DNA of 61,415 nt, filler included, from Basidioascus undulatus (Eukaryota), in the NCBI GenBank assembly GCA_000826855.1. It is 11 parts of 11 records of this genome, joined end to end, with 100 filler letters (N's around TTAATTAATTAA, not from the genome) between each part and the next. Parts side by side here need not be neighbours in the genome. Positions count along the whole stretch, not along the records: positions 46,790 to 50,373 come from JTLS01002376.1; positions 50,474 to 54,055 come from JTLS01002377.1; positions 54,156 to 57,735 come from JTLS01002378.1; positions 57,836 to 61,415 come from JTLS01002379.1; 7 more parts are not named here. The stretch is one strand, 5' to 3'. A model generated the notes under the pieces. That model was not told the origin of the DNA. It ran no database searches and was given only the letters and a program-made list of their open reading frames with translations. Both the position numbers and the translations under genes were made by a program. Shown here piece after piece: positions 50,058 through 60,607 of this stretch; position 1 is the first letter of the stretch; the number at the start of each line of letters is the position of its first letter.

Positions 50058-50373
50058 ATGTCCACCTCCGCCGACGCCGCCACCGCCTCTTCGAGCACCG
50101 GCAACCCCGCGACGAGCCTGATCCCGCACAAGACCGTCGTCTGGTCCGACACCCCGTCCGTGAGCTCGACGTCCTCCTCCGGCATCGGGCGCCATGGTCC
50201 CTCTAGCACTGTCCTCGCCATTGTCGCCGTCGTCGTCTGCGTCGTGCTCACGCTCGCCCTCTGCTGCGGCGTGCGCATGTGCCGCCGGCGGAGGAAGCGT
50301 AGGCGGGAGCGCGAGGGCGGGCGCGGGGGCTGGGTCGATCTGGAGAAGTGCGCGAAGAAGCGGGGTGGGGGGA
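50058..50373 (+). CDS. Single-pass membrane hypothetical protein, 3'-truncated
   Basis: Ser/Thr-rich N-terminus, then TM-like VLAIVAVVVCVVLTLALCCGV, then a basic RRRRKRR stop-transfer stretch. Confidence 0.6.
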
Positions 50374-50473
50374 NNNNNNNNNNNNNNNNNNNNNNNNNNN
50401 NNNNNNNNNNNNNNNNNTTAATTAATTAANNNNNNNNNNNNNNNNNNNNNNNNNNNNNNNNNNNNNNNNNNNN
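50374..50473. other. Artificial contig linker
   Basis: N44-TTAATTAATTAA-N44. Confidence 0.98.
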
Positions 50474-50847
50474 ATTGTGGAGAAGCCGGTGGAGGTCATC
50501 AAGTACATTGAGAAGCCCGAGAAGAAGAAGGAGGAGAAGAAGAAAAAGCAGGAGGAGGAAAAAGACGATAAGAAGAATAAGAAGGATGATGACAAAAAGG
50601 ATGAAAAGAAGGTGCAGTTGATAACCATTTGTGGTTGACGAATTTACGCTGGCGCTTGACTCGAATCGGGACAGGATGGCGACAAGAAAAAAGATGACAG
50701 GAATGATGACCAGAAGGGGACAAGAAGGGTGATAAAAAGGACGACAAGAGGGATGACGAGCAGGACGACAAAGAGGTCGACAATCGCAATGGCCGACGCG
50801 GGGGAGAAAACGGCGACAACAACGGCGGCAACAATCGCGAAGACTGA
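50474..50847 (+). CDS. C-terminal fragment of a highly charged K/D/E low-complexity protein
   Basis: IVEKPVEVIKYIEKPEKKKEEKK..DDKKDEKK|DGDKKKDD..NNRED*, with one GT-AG intron. Confidence 0.55.
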
Positions 50848-51497
50848 TCTGAGTTCTCTCACTGTTTCCATGTTGCTATTTTGCGCACTGTATTGGAACA
50901 GCATTTGTGGATTGTTCAATGGAGTATAAGCACATGCTTCTCCGTGCGGAGGCCGCGTAATCCTGCTCATACACACAGACGATTGTGTTCCAAACGAAAA
51001 CTTCTCGACGGAGCAGAGCCTACCAAAGTGCATGCAGTCACAGCGAGCCAGCGAGCGACGGCGGCGGACAATTGCGAAGCATCTCGTATGGAGCACAAAA
51101 AACCAAACACGAGATCATGTTAAAATAATATGCGGAAAGTATTAGAGCTCAGCAGTGCGGCCAGGAGCTCGTAAAGGCCCGCCACGAGGCAGATCGGCGG
51201 GGGATCGGAGTTGCGTGCATAGGTACCGGTACAGCGGTCAAAGTGCGAGATGCGGATTAATGCTGCAGGCCTTTGGGGGGCCCAACCGTGACTGCAGCAC
51301 GCGGACTGAGTTGTCTCAGGAACGGCGTCTGCGAAAGGGAGTTTTATGCGTCTTTGGAGCTCATGGGCAATGTAAGCGGATGCCCGTGATTATTCAGTAT
51401 GGCGACCTACACTACGTACTACTTTGGCGTCTTCTCTGGCAGGCTTCGGATTGCTCCGGATGCGCTACAGGGCCTCCGTCAGCCTTGCTCGCTCGCC

Positions 51498-53031
51498 ATG
51501 TCGACCTCCGCACGCCGTCTCGCGCCTGAGCTCTGGCTCAATATCGCATTACACCTCTCTCCTCACGACCTAACTCAGCTTTGCCTAACATGCTCCCACA
51601 TTCTTGCGGTTGTCCTCCCGATCCTGTACCAAACGGTGTCGCTCAACAACCGCCGTAACTTGCTCGCTCCCATCCCATCGTACCATGTCGAAACACTCGC
51701 ATTGCTCGCCGCAGACCAGCGCCTGGCGGAACACGTTGTCGAGCTTACGCTCTTCGATTCGATCGCGTCGGAGGTAGAGCCATCCGGGCTTGTCAACCTC
51801 GCTGCAATGGCAAACATGAGTCGACTGCGGCGCTTGCACCTCCGCGGGCGCGTCTTCGTCAACGCTCAAGAACAGGAGCGCTTCGCCGACGTCCTCCCGC
51901 GCGATGGGCAAATTGACGAGCTGTCGTACGAATGCTATGCGATTAGGGCCGATAGGCAAATTGACGAGCGGTCGTACACATGCTATATCGACAGAGGGAA
52001 CAAAGTGAACCAAGTGGGTCTGCTGCCAGGCGCGCGACTGGACATACGGGGATTGAAGCGCCTCAGCTGGAACGGAGGCTTCTGGAGACCGAGTGACTTT
52101 CCCCCCTCAAAACTCTTCAACCGAGACTCACTAATCTTACTGGGCGACAGATCACCTTGACGCGCTCATCTACGTCCTGTCCTGGTCCTCCTCGACGCTC
52201 GAGGAGATCTGCCTACCCTTCACCCTCGGCGATCCGGACGGCCTCAAGCGTCTTTGGCCGATGCGCTTCCCGTCTGCGCGTCCCGAGCTCGGTGTCTGGG
52301 TAGAGGACGATGCCGACGCAGGCGACGCGGACCTCACGGACATCCGACGCTGGAGGAGCTCTCGCTCGGCCACGACCCGCACAACGACGACTCCTGCACG
52401 CTCGACCATGCGCGCCTGCACCACGACGTCTTCGCCAACCTCCTGGGCTCTCCGCCTCCGCGTCTACCGTGCGGCATCTTGCGCGCGCAGGCGCAGTGTG
52501 CCTCCGCTCGCTTGCCCGCCTGCACGCGCGCCTGACAGCGCAGACGAGCCGAGGTTCGACATGAAGCGCCTGTTCAAGGCGCTCGCGGACGGCGCGCTCC
52601 CCGCGGTCCGCGTGCTCGGACTTGGCCAGGGCGAGCTGGAGAGCGACGAGGACATCGGGTGGTGCGTGCGCGAGCTCGCACGGGTGTGCCCCGCGGTGGA
52701 CGAGTGGGACGGTGGCTTCCTCTGCTGGGAGCCTCAGGCGGTGCGTCCAGTGCTTTTCTTTCTTTACGCTGATCGGCGCCCGCTCACCTTTGTGCGGGTG
52801 AGCAGGACGAGCTGGGCAAGACTCTGGCGGCGTTTCCGAGCCTCACGCGCATGCGTCTCGCGCATGGGGCGACCGCGCGGACCGACGCCGGGACGTACAT
52901 CCGGACGCTCGCAGCGCAACTGTCGAAGCCTTTATCTCGTCACGATCACGGGCAGTAGAAGAGCCCCGGACAGTTGCTTCAGGATTGTGAGGGACGCGGA
53001 TGGGGTCACGGTTGAGCTGCTCGCTGCATAG
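51498..53031 (+). CDS. F-box domain protein with LRR-like C-terminus; distal part appears frameshifted
   Basis: RRLAPELWLNIALHLSPHDLTQLCLTCSHILAVVLPILYQTVSL, MSRLRRLHL and LPAVRVLGL. Internal 48-bp duplication at 51903-51993. Confidence 0.7.
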
Positions 53032-53344
53032 ATCAGATCTGCATGTTGCAAGCCTTGACTGAGTGTTCCTTCAAGGCACGTCCTTGCGCCAAACATGGAA
53101 GTCTATGGTAGTGAGTATCCGGAAGCCATGCGGCTCACACCGTTCAGTACCTTGAGGCCGTGCTATCTTCCAGGGTGGCCGGCCGCCTCGCTCCTGCCGG
53201 TGCACTGTGCAAGTTGAACCCGCTTTCACCAACATTCGTTGACAGCATGGATAGATCAAGGCGACAACGTCCTCCTCCTTCTCTCCTTTCACCTCGACGG
53301 CCATCCCACTCCGGAGTACGCCCTGTTGCCACACGCGATACATC

Positions 53345-53934
53345 TTCAGCTCGAGCTTGGGCTCACGACCAGCTGGCGGTCGGTGCTCAGGTCCTCGACG
53401 TTTAACAGGCCTGCGCCGGTGAATGTTGAGTGGAGTTCGTCTGCACAGGGGCAATGAGTGCGAAGGTGTCAGTGTGCGTGATGAGAAACGAGAGAAAAGT
53501 GAGACTGGGAGGCGACAAACCGAGCGCCAAGAAATAGACACGCGTCCCCTCGCCCCGGCAGTAGAAGTTCTCGGGTAGCAGCCGGTTCTTAAGTCGCAGC
53601 TGCGCGATGTCGTGTCGGCCGCAGTCGCGCAGGAGAAGGCGGCCTGTTTGGGTGTGAGGAGCTGCGTGCGCGTGTACAGGTTCAGCACCCAACCCCCATC
53701 CCACCCACAGCACTTTGGTCAACGGTATACCCATGTTGGCAGAAGATCGCAGCAGTGGTAACAGGGTGCCTTCCCCCCCGCCAGCGCCTAGAGCACCTTG
53801 CTCTGGGCGTGTACGCGCACTGTCTTGTGCACGCTGCACTGGCTAACCCCATCGCTTAACGAGACACCTTCCCAGACGAGCCAATCCGCCGCCTCCTCGC
53901 GCTGCCACTTGCAAAAGAAGCACGCAGGCCCTCA
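53345..53934 (-). repeat. Dispersed repeat / degenerate gene-family copy, homologous to 25166-25770 (plus)
   Basis: The reverse complement aligns by eye over ~600 bp with the copy at 25166-25770. Confidence 0.9.
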
Positions 53935-54055
53935 CGGCCAAGGTCAGTGGTGACCCGCTTGCATTCAAGTCCCCTTGTCCAGCTCTTCCTCTGTAGCCAT
54001 CGCCGGCACTGGCTCTCCACCGAGGCCAACATCGGCACACTCGGCTGCTACATTC

Positions 54056-54155
54056 NNNNNNNNNNNNNNNNNNNNNNNNNNNNNNNNNNNNNNNNNNNNT
54101 TAATTAATTAANNNNNNNNNNNNNNNNNNNNNNNNNNNNNNNNNNNNNNNNNNNN
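54056..54155. other. Artificial contig linker
   Basis: N44-TTAATTAATTAA-N44. Confidence 0.98.
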
Positions 54156-55794
54156 AACAAAAAATAAAAAAGAAAAAAAAAGAGAAAGCGAAGTGAGAGG
54201 GAGGGGCGACGTACGATGACAAGGAAGAAGAGGAAGAGGGTGAAGATGTAGAATGCGTAGGGGTGTTCCCTGCGCGTAGTGGAATCAGCGCCCATCTTCA
54301 CCGAGCCCAGAAGCAAAGCGCACTCGAAGTGGTTCATCAAGTTCATCCCCAGCAGCCCGGCAAACAGGCTGCCGAGCCCCGCAGCGGCGGTCGCGATCGC
54401 GAGCTTGATCTCGAGGTGGAGGAGCCGGTTGCGCGTCGCAGCCATGACGAGGTCGACGTGCCGCGAGGTGGACGCGAGGCGCGTGGAGAGGCTGGAGATG
54501 GAGCTGTGCAGGGTCGAGGATTGCTTGAGATACCTGCGATCGAGACAGAGGGAGTTAGTAGGGGCGTGGGAGGATGGGATTGGAGATGGAATTGAAAAGA
54601 GACGGACGCTTCGAGCAGAAGCTCCACCTCGTCGTCTTCCCCCTCGTTGTGTGGTTTGCCGAGCTGCTTAGCAGTTAGGTACATAGCCGCCATGTCTTCC
54701 TCTGTTGTCCCCACCCCACGCAAATCAGCCTCCTGCCTCCCTTCTCTCCCCCAAACGCGGACTACGCACCCTCCCCAAGCACCTCCGCCACGGCCTTCTC
54801 CATCCCAGCGACCTTGCGGAGCGTGCGGTCGACGGCTTGGGACAGGTCGAGCATGTCGAGCAGGCCATCGTGCGCGATGCCCTTGTCCTTGAGGGACGCA
54901 ATCAACGCATCGGTGGAGAGTGCGAGGGATGCAACGCGCCGCTGGAGGAGCGAGAGCGAGTGCAGGAGGAGAGCTTCGAGGGCGCTGTGGGCGGCGGGTG
55001 GTAGGCACGTCGGTCAAGAGGTAGGTAAGGGGAAGGAGGAAGGGAGGAAGAGGTGGGGATCAGGGGACGGTATAGGAAGAAGGGAAGAGGGCACGCACTT
55101 GAATTCGAATGGGTAGGTGCGTTTGTTGGGCTCGCGCGAGGCAAGGCGCGACTCGAGAGAGTTCAGGGACGAGGCGATGGTATCCACCGTGCTCTGGGAC
55201 AGGCGGGGCAGGAGGCATCAGTCTCAGGTCCTCGCCCTGCGCCCTTGCTCAACCACCGCCGAACGAGAAGGCTTCCAGGAGAACAAGAAGAATCAGACGC
55301 ACGAGGTTCCCCCCCAGCCCGACATCGTCCTGCCCCCTGACGAGCACGAGCCGGTCGCTGCGCACGATCGCCCTCACGCCCTCGCCCGCGTACACGATGC
55401 AACTGTCCCTGACGAGGATCGCGGGCTCCTCGACATCCTGCACGGGGGAGTCGAGGATCCGCAGATCGCGGTAGGGAATCCCGCTGGACTTGCAGAGCTG
55501 TGAGCGAGTGACGGCGGGGAGGGACTGGGGCGCGAGCGAGGGGAGGCTGAGCGAGATGAGGTGCAACGGCGGTGCGCGGCGGGGCGAGTCGCGCGACGGC
55601 GGCTCGGAGGACGTCGACGCTGCTGCTGAGGGGAACGTCGACGCGAATGGGGCGGGCGAGGGTGCAGAGGAGGGCGGGGGCGCGACGCCAGAAACGTGAG
55701 AGGGCAGGGAAGACGCGATCGCGTGCGGGAAAGGGCGCGGCGACAGCGGCGGCGAGGAAAGGTGCGCCGACGACGTTGAGGGAGGCCGAGGCAT
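54156..55794 (-). CDS. CorA/Mrs2/Lpe10 family magnesium transporter, 3'-truncated
   Basis: GIPYRDLRILD..PAILVR, PFEFK|ALEALL, EEDMAAMYLT..EVELLLE and RNRLL..FAGLLGMNL (GMN motif). Confidence 0.9.
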
Positions 55795-56642
55795 CGTTAA
55801 GGATGATTAACACGACCAAATTCAAGAAGGATGAGCAGAGTAAAAGCTGGTCTGATCAGGAGCAGATGAATCTGGGGGGTCGAGGACCCGTAGAAGGTAC
55901 ATGCGCTAAGCGGCGCGAGGGGCCCAGGGCAGCACCGTAGGGGCTCCTCAGCCTCAGCTCCTCCTGACAGGAAGCGGACATGGCCCTGATTATCGCATCC
56001 TTTCAAAACTGTACATTTTTCCTCGGAATAAATGGTACTCAGATATCACACTGAATCTTTTTACAAGGCACGCGGAAACCGCAGGGACACGGGCGGGCGG
56101 GCGGTCACACGAGCAGCAGTTCCGCCTCCGGGTCCCAGTGTCGGATCCGTGCTTGATCATGTCATGGGCTCGCGGGAGTTAAAGGGGCGGAAAACTCGGG
56201 TTCTATTTGGTCGTATATCGGTATACTTTCCATGGGATACTGACAGAGGACGCAAGGTCAGTTGGCAGTCATGCATGCATGTGCAAAGCCCATATGGCTT
56301 TCTTGATGACTGCCATCCCTCCGGAAGCTGCGCATTGAGACATTGATTCGGACCAAAGCCCTCCCAGTCTCCCTATCCAAAAAGAATGGGCTGGATCCCA
56401 TCCCTCTAGCACATCCTGCTGGCGAAGGTACACAACATTCCATGTAGTCTTCACCTTCGACGCTGGATGGGACAGATCCATGGCAGGCCTCCCGTGCGCA
56501 TCTTGGGGGAAGCACCACGGGCCACCGAGGTTTTAGCAGATCACCCATCTCGGACACTGGAGCAAACATTTGGTAAAAGTTGGTAAAAGAGAGCAGTAGG
56601 GTACACCATAGCGCCCAAAGAAGCAAACAAGTCTGTACAAGC

Positions 56643-56647
56643 AAAAA
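56643..56647 (-). terminator. Pol III T5 terminator of the permuted tRNA
   Basis: TTTTT on the minus strand, 5 nt after A37 of the 5' half. Confidence 0.7.
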
Positions 56648-56652
56648 GACAG

Positions 56653-56732
56653 TACGAGTGGCGCGCTCTACCACTGAGCTAAAGGGGCAATTCAAATGCC
56701 CCCTGGCTGGATTGAACAACCGACCTCACCAT
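56653..56732 (-). tRNA. Circularly permuted tRNA-Thr(CGT): 3' half (56732-56697), 8-nt spacer, 5' half (56688-56653)
   Basis: The minus strand reads ATGGTGAGGTCGGTTGTTCAATCCAGCCAGGGGGCA-tttgaatt-GCCCCTTTAGCTCAGTGGTAGAGCGCGCCACTCGTA. Swapping the halves gives a complete 72-nt cloverleaf with every stem paired. Confidence 0.85.
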
Positions 56733-57735
56733 TTCGTTGCCATCCGGTTATTAGACCAGACGAAAAGCAGATGTAGCTTAACTTTCATGAATACGGGACT
56801 CAGCAAAGAAACGTTCCCGGCATCGCCACAAAAAAAACCACAAGAGATTACACTTAAGATTCCAACACAATGAACCAAATCCGCTTCCGCTTATATATCC
56901 CTGGGGTTGAGAGCGGCGCGAATGTCCCAGTGCCAACTAGCCCAGAGCAGGGAAAACGGGAGGGAAACTGCACAGATTTGTCGCTCAAATGCACTTTTGT
57001 ATTCCGCTAACAGTACTGGCACATGATCAAGGAGAGTGAATTTTAGTTAGTGCTGTCTTCCACGAGCAGGGCCGGGCAGGCAGATTCTGTCAACACTTGT
57101 TCCACCTCTCTCCATGTGTCCCTTAAACAAACTTGAGACCCTTGTAACTTTCAATAAACTTGAGTTGAAGGGACCCCCAGTCACAGCGCAGCCGGTGCAG
57201 TCATGCGTTCAATAAAGTGACTTGCCCTTTCTATAAGGCTCAAAGCTCATGACATACATACCTTACTTACTCATATTTGTACATACTTTATACTCATACA
57301 TACCTTGTGAGATGTATCCTCATATATGAGGCAGAGCCTCATAGTATGAGGAAGTATATGCCGTTTCACTGGCAGAACAAGACCAGTAGCTGTTCCAGTG
57401 TGCCACAACATTCTGTTCTATGTTCATAACTTCCCCTTTAATGTCTGAAGCCCACAAAATTGGTGACTCAATATGTGCAGTGTGGCTGAACAGTCAACAG
57501 TCACAATGGTGCTATCAACACGAAACTTGCAAGTCCACTGTCAGCGTCAAGTGGCTTGACAGCTTGACCCCAAAGTGCATCAAGTACTTAACCTCTCAAA
57601 GCGGTACTCTGGGAGGTGTCATATTGGTAGACTGGGCTAGAGGAAGTAAAGGAGGTGTCATGAACGTCTTAACAAACATTCAATCCTCGACAACTGTCAA
57701 ACCTTGCCACCTCATTTTACGCTCTCACCCTTTCC

Positions 57736-57835
57736 NNNNNNNNNNNNNNNNNNNNNNNNNNNNNNNNNNNNNNNNNNNNTTAATTAATTAANNNNNNNNN
57801 NNNNNNNNNNNNNNNNNNNNNNNNNNNNNNNNNNN
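57736..57835. other. Artificial contig linker
   Basis: N44-TTAATTAATTAA-N44. Confidence 0.98.
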
Positions 57836-58342
57836 AGGAGGAGGAGGAGGGAGAGGGGGAAGAGGGGCTGACGGAGGATGAGAAAGCACGTGTTCAGCGA
57901 GTACGTTCCTTTCCCCCTTGTCCCCAATTCAGACGCTCACCCCGCACCCGACCAGGCAATCACCCTCCTCCGCCTCACCCTCCTCCTGCACTCCAAGTCC
58001 CGCACCCTCCTCTCTCACTCCTCCGCCTCCCTCCCACCCACAACTCTTTCGACCCTCTCAGCCCTCTCCCCCGCCCTTTCAAGCGCAGCAGACGACCTCG
58101 TCTCCTCGCTGCACCCGCCGCACGCCCCCGCGGAAATCTCGGCGGCCGCGCGCGCGTTCGCGGACCGGGCGGAGGAGCTCGCGGACCTGGGGAAGGAGGC
58201 GGGGCGGGAGAGGGATCTGGTTGGGGCGGTGGAGGGAGTGAGGTTGGAGGAGGGAGGCGGGGAGAGGAAGAGGGGCGCGGAAGAGTGGTTTGAGGTTTGT
58301 TTGGGGCAGGTGCGGAAGTGCAGGGAGATGTGGGTCGATTGA
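57836..58342 (+). CDS. C-terminal fragment, possibly GCIP/cyclin-D1-binding family
   Basis: Acidic tract, then LTEDEKARVQR|AITLLRLTLLL..LSSAADDLVSSLHPP..EWFEVCLGQV. The family call is from recalled motif resemblance only. Confidence 0.5.
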
Positions 58343-59225
58343 TGCCCCGCTGGGGGCACTGGCTTTTTTGGCAGCTGAGTGATGCGTGCGTACGCCAGGC
58401 TGTTTGTAGAGGATGGCACCCGAGCGCTGTTTACGGTGTAAGCGACGTTCGGGAGCGCTGGGCGCGCTCGATCTGCTTCTTGCGCGGCCGCAAAACGTGC
58501 AGTCGCATCGACGTCAATTTCCGAAGCGGCCTCGAACGCGAGCGCAGATACAGTTCCAGCGACGTAGGGAGGCGTAACCTCCTGAATGCCCGTCCGCTTC
58601 GCGCTGATCGTCCGCACGCTTTACTCACTCGAGGCTCCCCGATGACCACACTCTAGCAACGCTTTCGGCCCGTCACCTACATGTCCTTCCATAATCTGAA
58701 CGGCATAAGGCTGGCCTTTGTAAATATGTCAATAAATAAATAAATAAAAAACATCGCGGAAATGAGCTTCAGGACTCAGAAATCTGATTATCTTCCGTTT
58801 GGCTCGTTACCGGGTGACTGCGACCTTGACCTTTCACGGTTTACGCGGCAATGTGACACTAAGGCAGTAATTTAAGCTTCAAAAGTATCCTTCGTCTGAA
58901 TGTCGATAGGTCTATACCAGCGTTTAGACTCCCAACGATCCCTATCATGGCTGACAGAGCTCGCGTCTTCTAACTTTTCCTCATCCTTCGCTTAAAATTT
59001 CAACATCACGGGGAACTTTTGATCTCTGGAGAACGGATTGTGACGTATCTCTTAATAATCCTGGTTGTTTGCGCGGGCAGGCGTCGAACCGAGACCATTT
59101 CACACCCGCGCAAACTCGGGACGCTGACCTCTCCTCAGCACCATCATTCCCAGCTTCTGCCGGACCATCAGCCCTTTCGAGCTGAACAAACCGCACATAC
59201 CTGTCCTATAAGCTCTGCGCTGATT

Positions 59226-60095
59226 ATGCCCGACCCGCCCCTTCCTGTCGAGATTCACAAGCTCATCATTGAGGAGGTCGGCGCGCCACTGCACCCCCTG
59301 GCGTACATCCGCGACTCGGCAACGCTCACCTCGCTCAGCTTGGTCTCGCGCTCTTTCAACGCTCTGTGGACCCCAATTCTCTATTATCAATCACAAATCT
59401 GGGACAAGATACCAGTCTCAGATGGCGACAAGGCCGCCAAATCGAACGAGACCGCTAATTTCCTGCGCACTGCAAAAGCCTGCCCCGACCTTCTTCCTCT
59501 CGTCGACTCGCTCAATCTCGAATTTACGTTCTGGAATCAGAGCTTGATGCCCAATGCTGAGCACCGGGACTTCACAAAGTTGCTGCGTGAGATGACAGCT
59601 CTCCGGCGCCTCTGCACGGACATCATCGAGCCTGCAGATCATGATGCTCAGCCGGCGCTGGAAGAGTGTGTGAGTTTGATGGGTAGGCTGGACAACGGAC
59701 CGGATTTCTACGGAGCAGTCAACAATCTCAAGCGACTCACCCTTACCGACTTCGATTTTGTCGATATCGACGTCGACTCGCTTCTGGGCATGCCCAGCCT
59801 CACACATCTCGCCGGCATGCCTCGAGTTGGGGGGGGGGCTCGCAAGTCTTATTGCGCTGTCGCCCACCTTGCAGAGGTCCTACTTTGGGTCCCCCAAAGA
59901 GGTCTGCTTCCAGGCAACGATGTGCAGCGCTATAGGGACGATTTCCTCAAGAAAATCAAAGCGCGCCTTCTTCTTCCGCTTTTCGGCAAGGTCGTCGCCG
60001 TTCTGGTCGGGGACGTACCCGCCCCTGGTCGAGAGACAGATTTGTGGTTCATCAACGCAATCATAAACGGGACACTGTGGGATGTGGAGCAATAG
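59226..60095 (+). CDS. F-box-like hypothetical protein
   Basis: MPDPPLPVEIHKLIIEEV..TLTSLSLVSRSFNALWTPILY, with LRR-like LKRLTL and MPSLTHLA. Confidence 0.65.
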   Translation: MPDPPLPVEIHKLIIEEVGAPLHPLAYIRDSATLTSLSLVSRSFNALWTPILYYQSQIWDKIPVSDGDKAAKSNETANFLRTAKACPDLLPLVDSLNLEFTFWNQSLMPNAEHRDFTKLLREMTALRRLCTDIIEPADHDAQPALEECVSLMGRLDNGPDFYGAVNNLKRLTLTDFDFVDIDVDSLLGMPSLTHLAGMPRVGGGARKSYCAVAHLAEVLLWVPQRGLLPGNDVQRYRDDFLKKIKARLLLPLFGKVVAVLVGDVPAPGRETDLWFINAIINGTLWDVEQ

Positions 60096-60607
60096 GCTAA
60101 GGGGATCGCGGGCGGGGCGATGACATCCTGAGTGAAATGCAAAGATCGGGTTTGTGCATGTGTTGTAAAGCATTCAGGACCAGGGCAAGCAGCTTTGCGG
60201 TGAAGAAATGACAGCCCATGATCGCGATGCTCTACCGTCTTCAGCTTCTTCAGCTTGGTTCCCCAAATAGAAGGGGATGACGGATGACGGAAGGCTTTGG
60301 GCGACCAGTGCCTGTAGAACGGACAGTTTCACAAACATAAGGTTGGTTGTCACGGGCAACGATCTGAAAGAGCATCATGTCGCGGAAGTTCTTTCCGCTA
60401 GGTAGGTATTAACGCGGACCTAGTTAACCTATCCTTGAATTGACTGACAGCTGTTGGTGAATCAAACCTGAGGCTGAAGAGACGACTGGAGACTCTGATA
60501 TCACGGGCGCTGCACCGTAGAGGAACCTATAATATACCCCCCAAGCTAGTTGCATTCACTCCGCTGAATTTGCAAATGAATTCTCCGCGACTGTGTGCAT
60601 TAACCCA

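Noticed and set aside
56540..56900. The tRNA-Thr halves as parts of two ordinary tandem intron-containing genes
   Set aside because: No upstream 5' half or downstream 3' half is visible, and a T5 terminator directly follows the 5' half. A past tandem duplication remains a possible origin.
24585..57791. TTAATTAATTAA recurring every ~3.69 kb as a biological periodic repeat
   Set aside because: It is always embedded in identical N44 flanks and is a synthetic six-frame stop linker.
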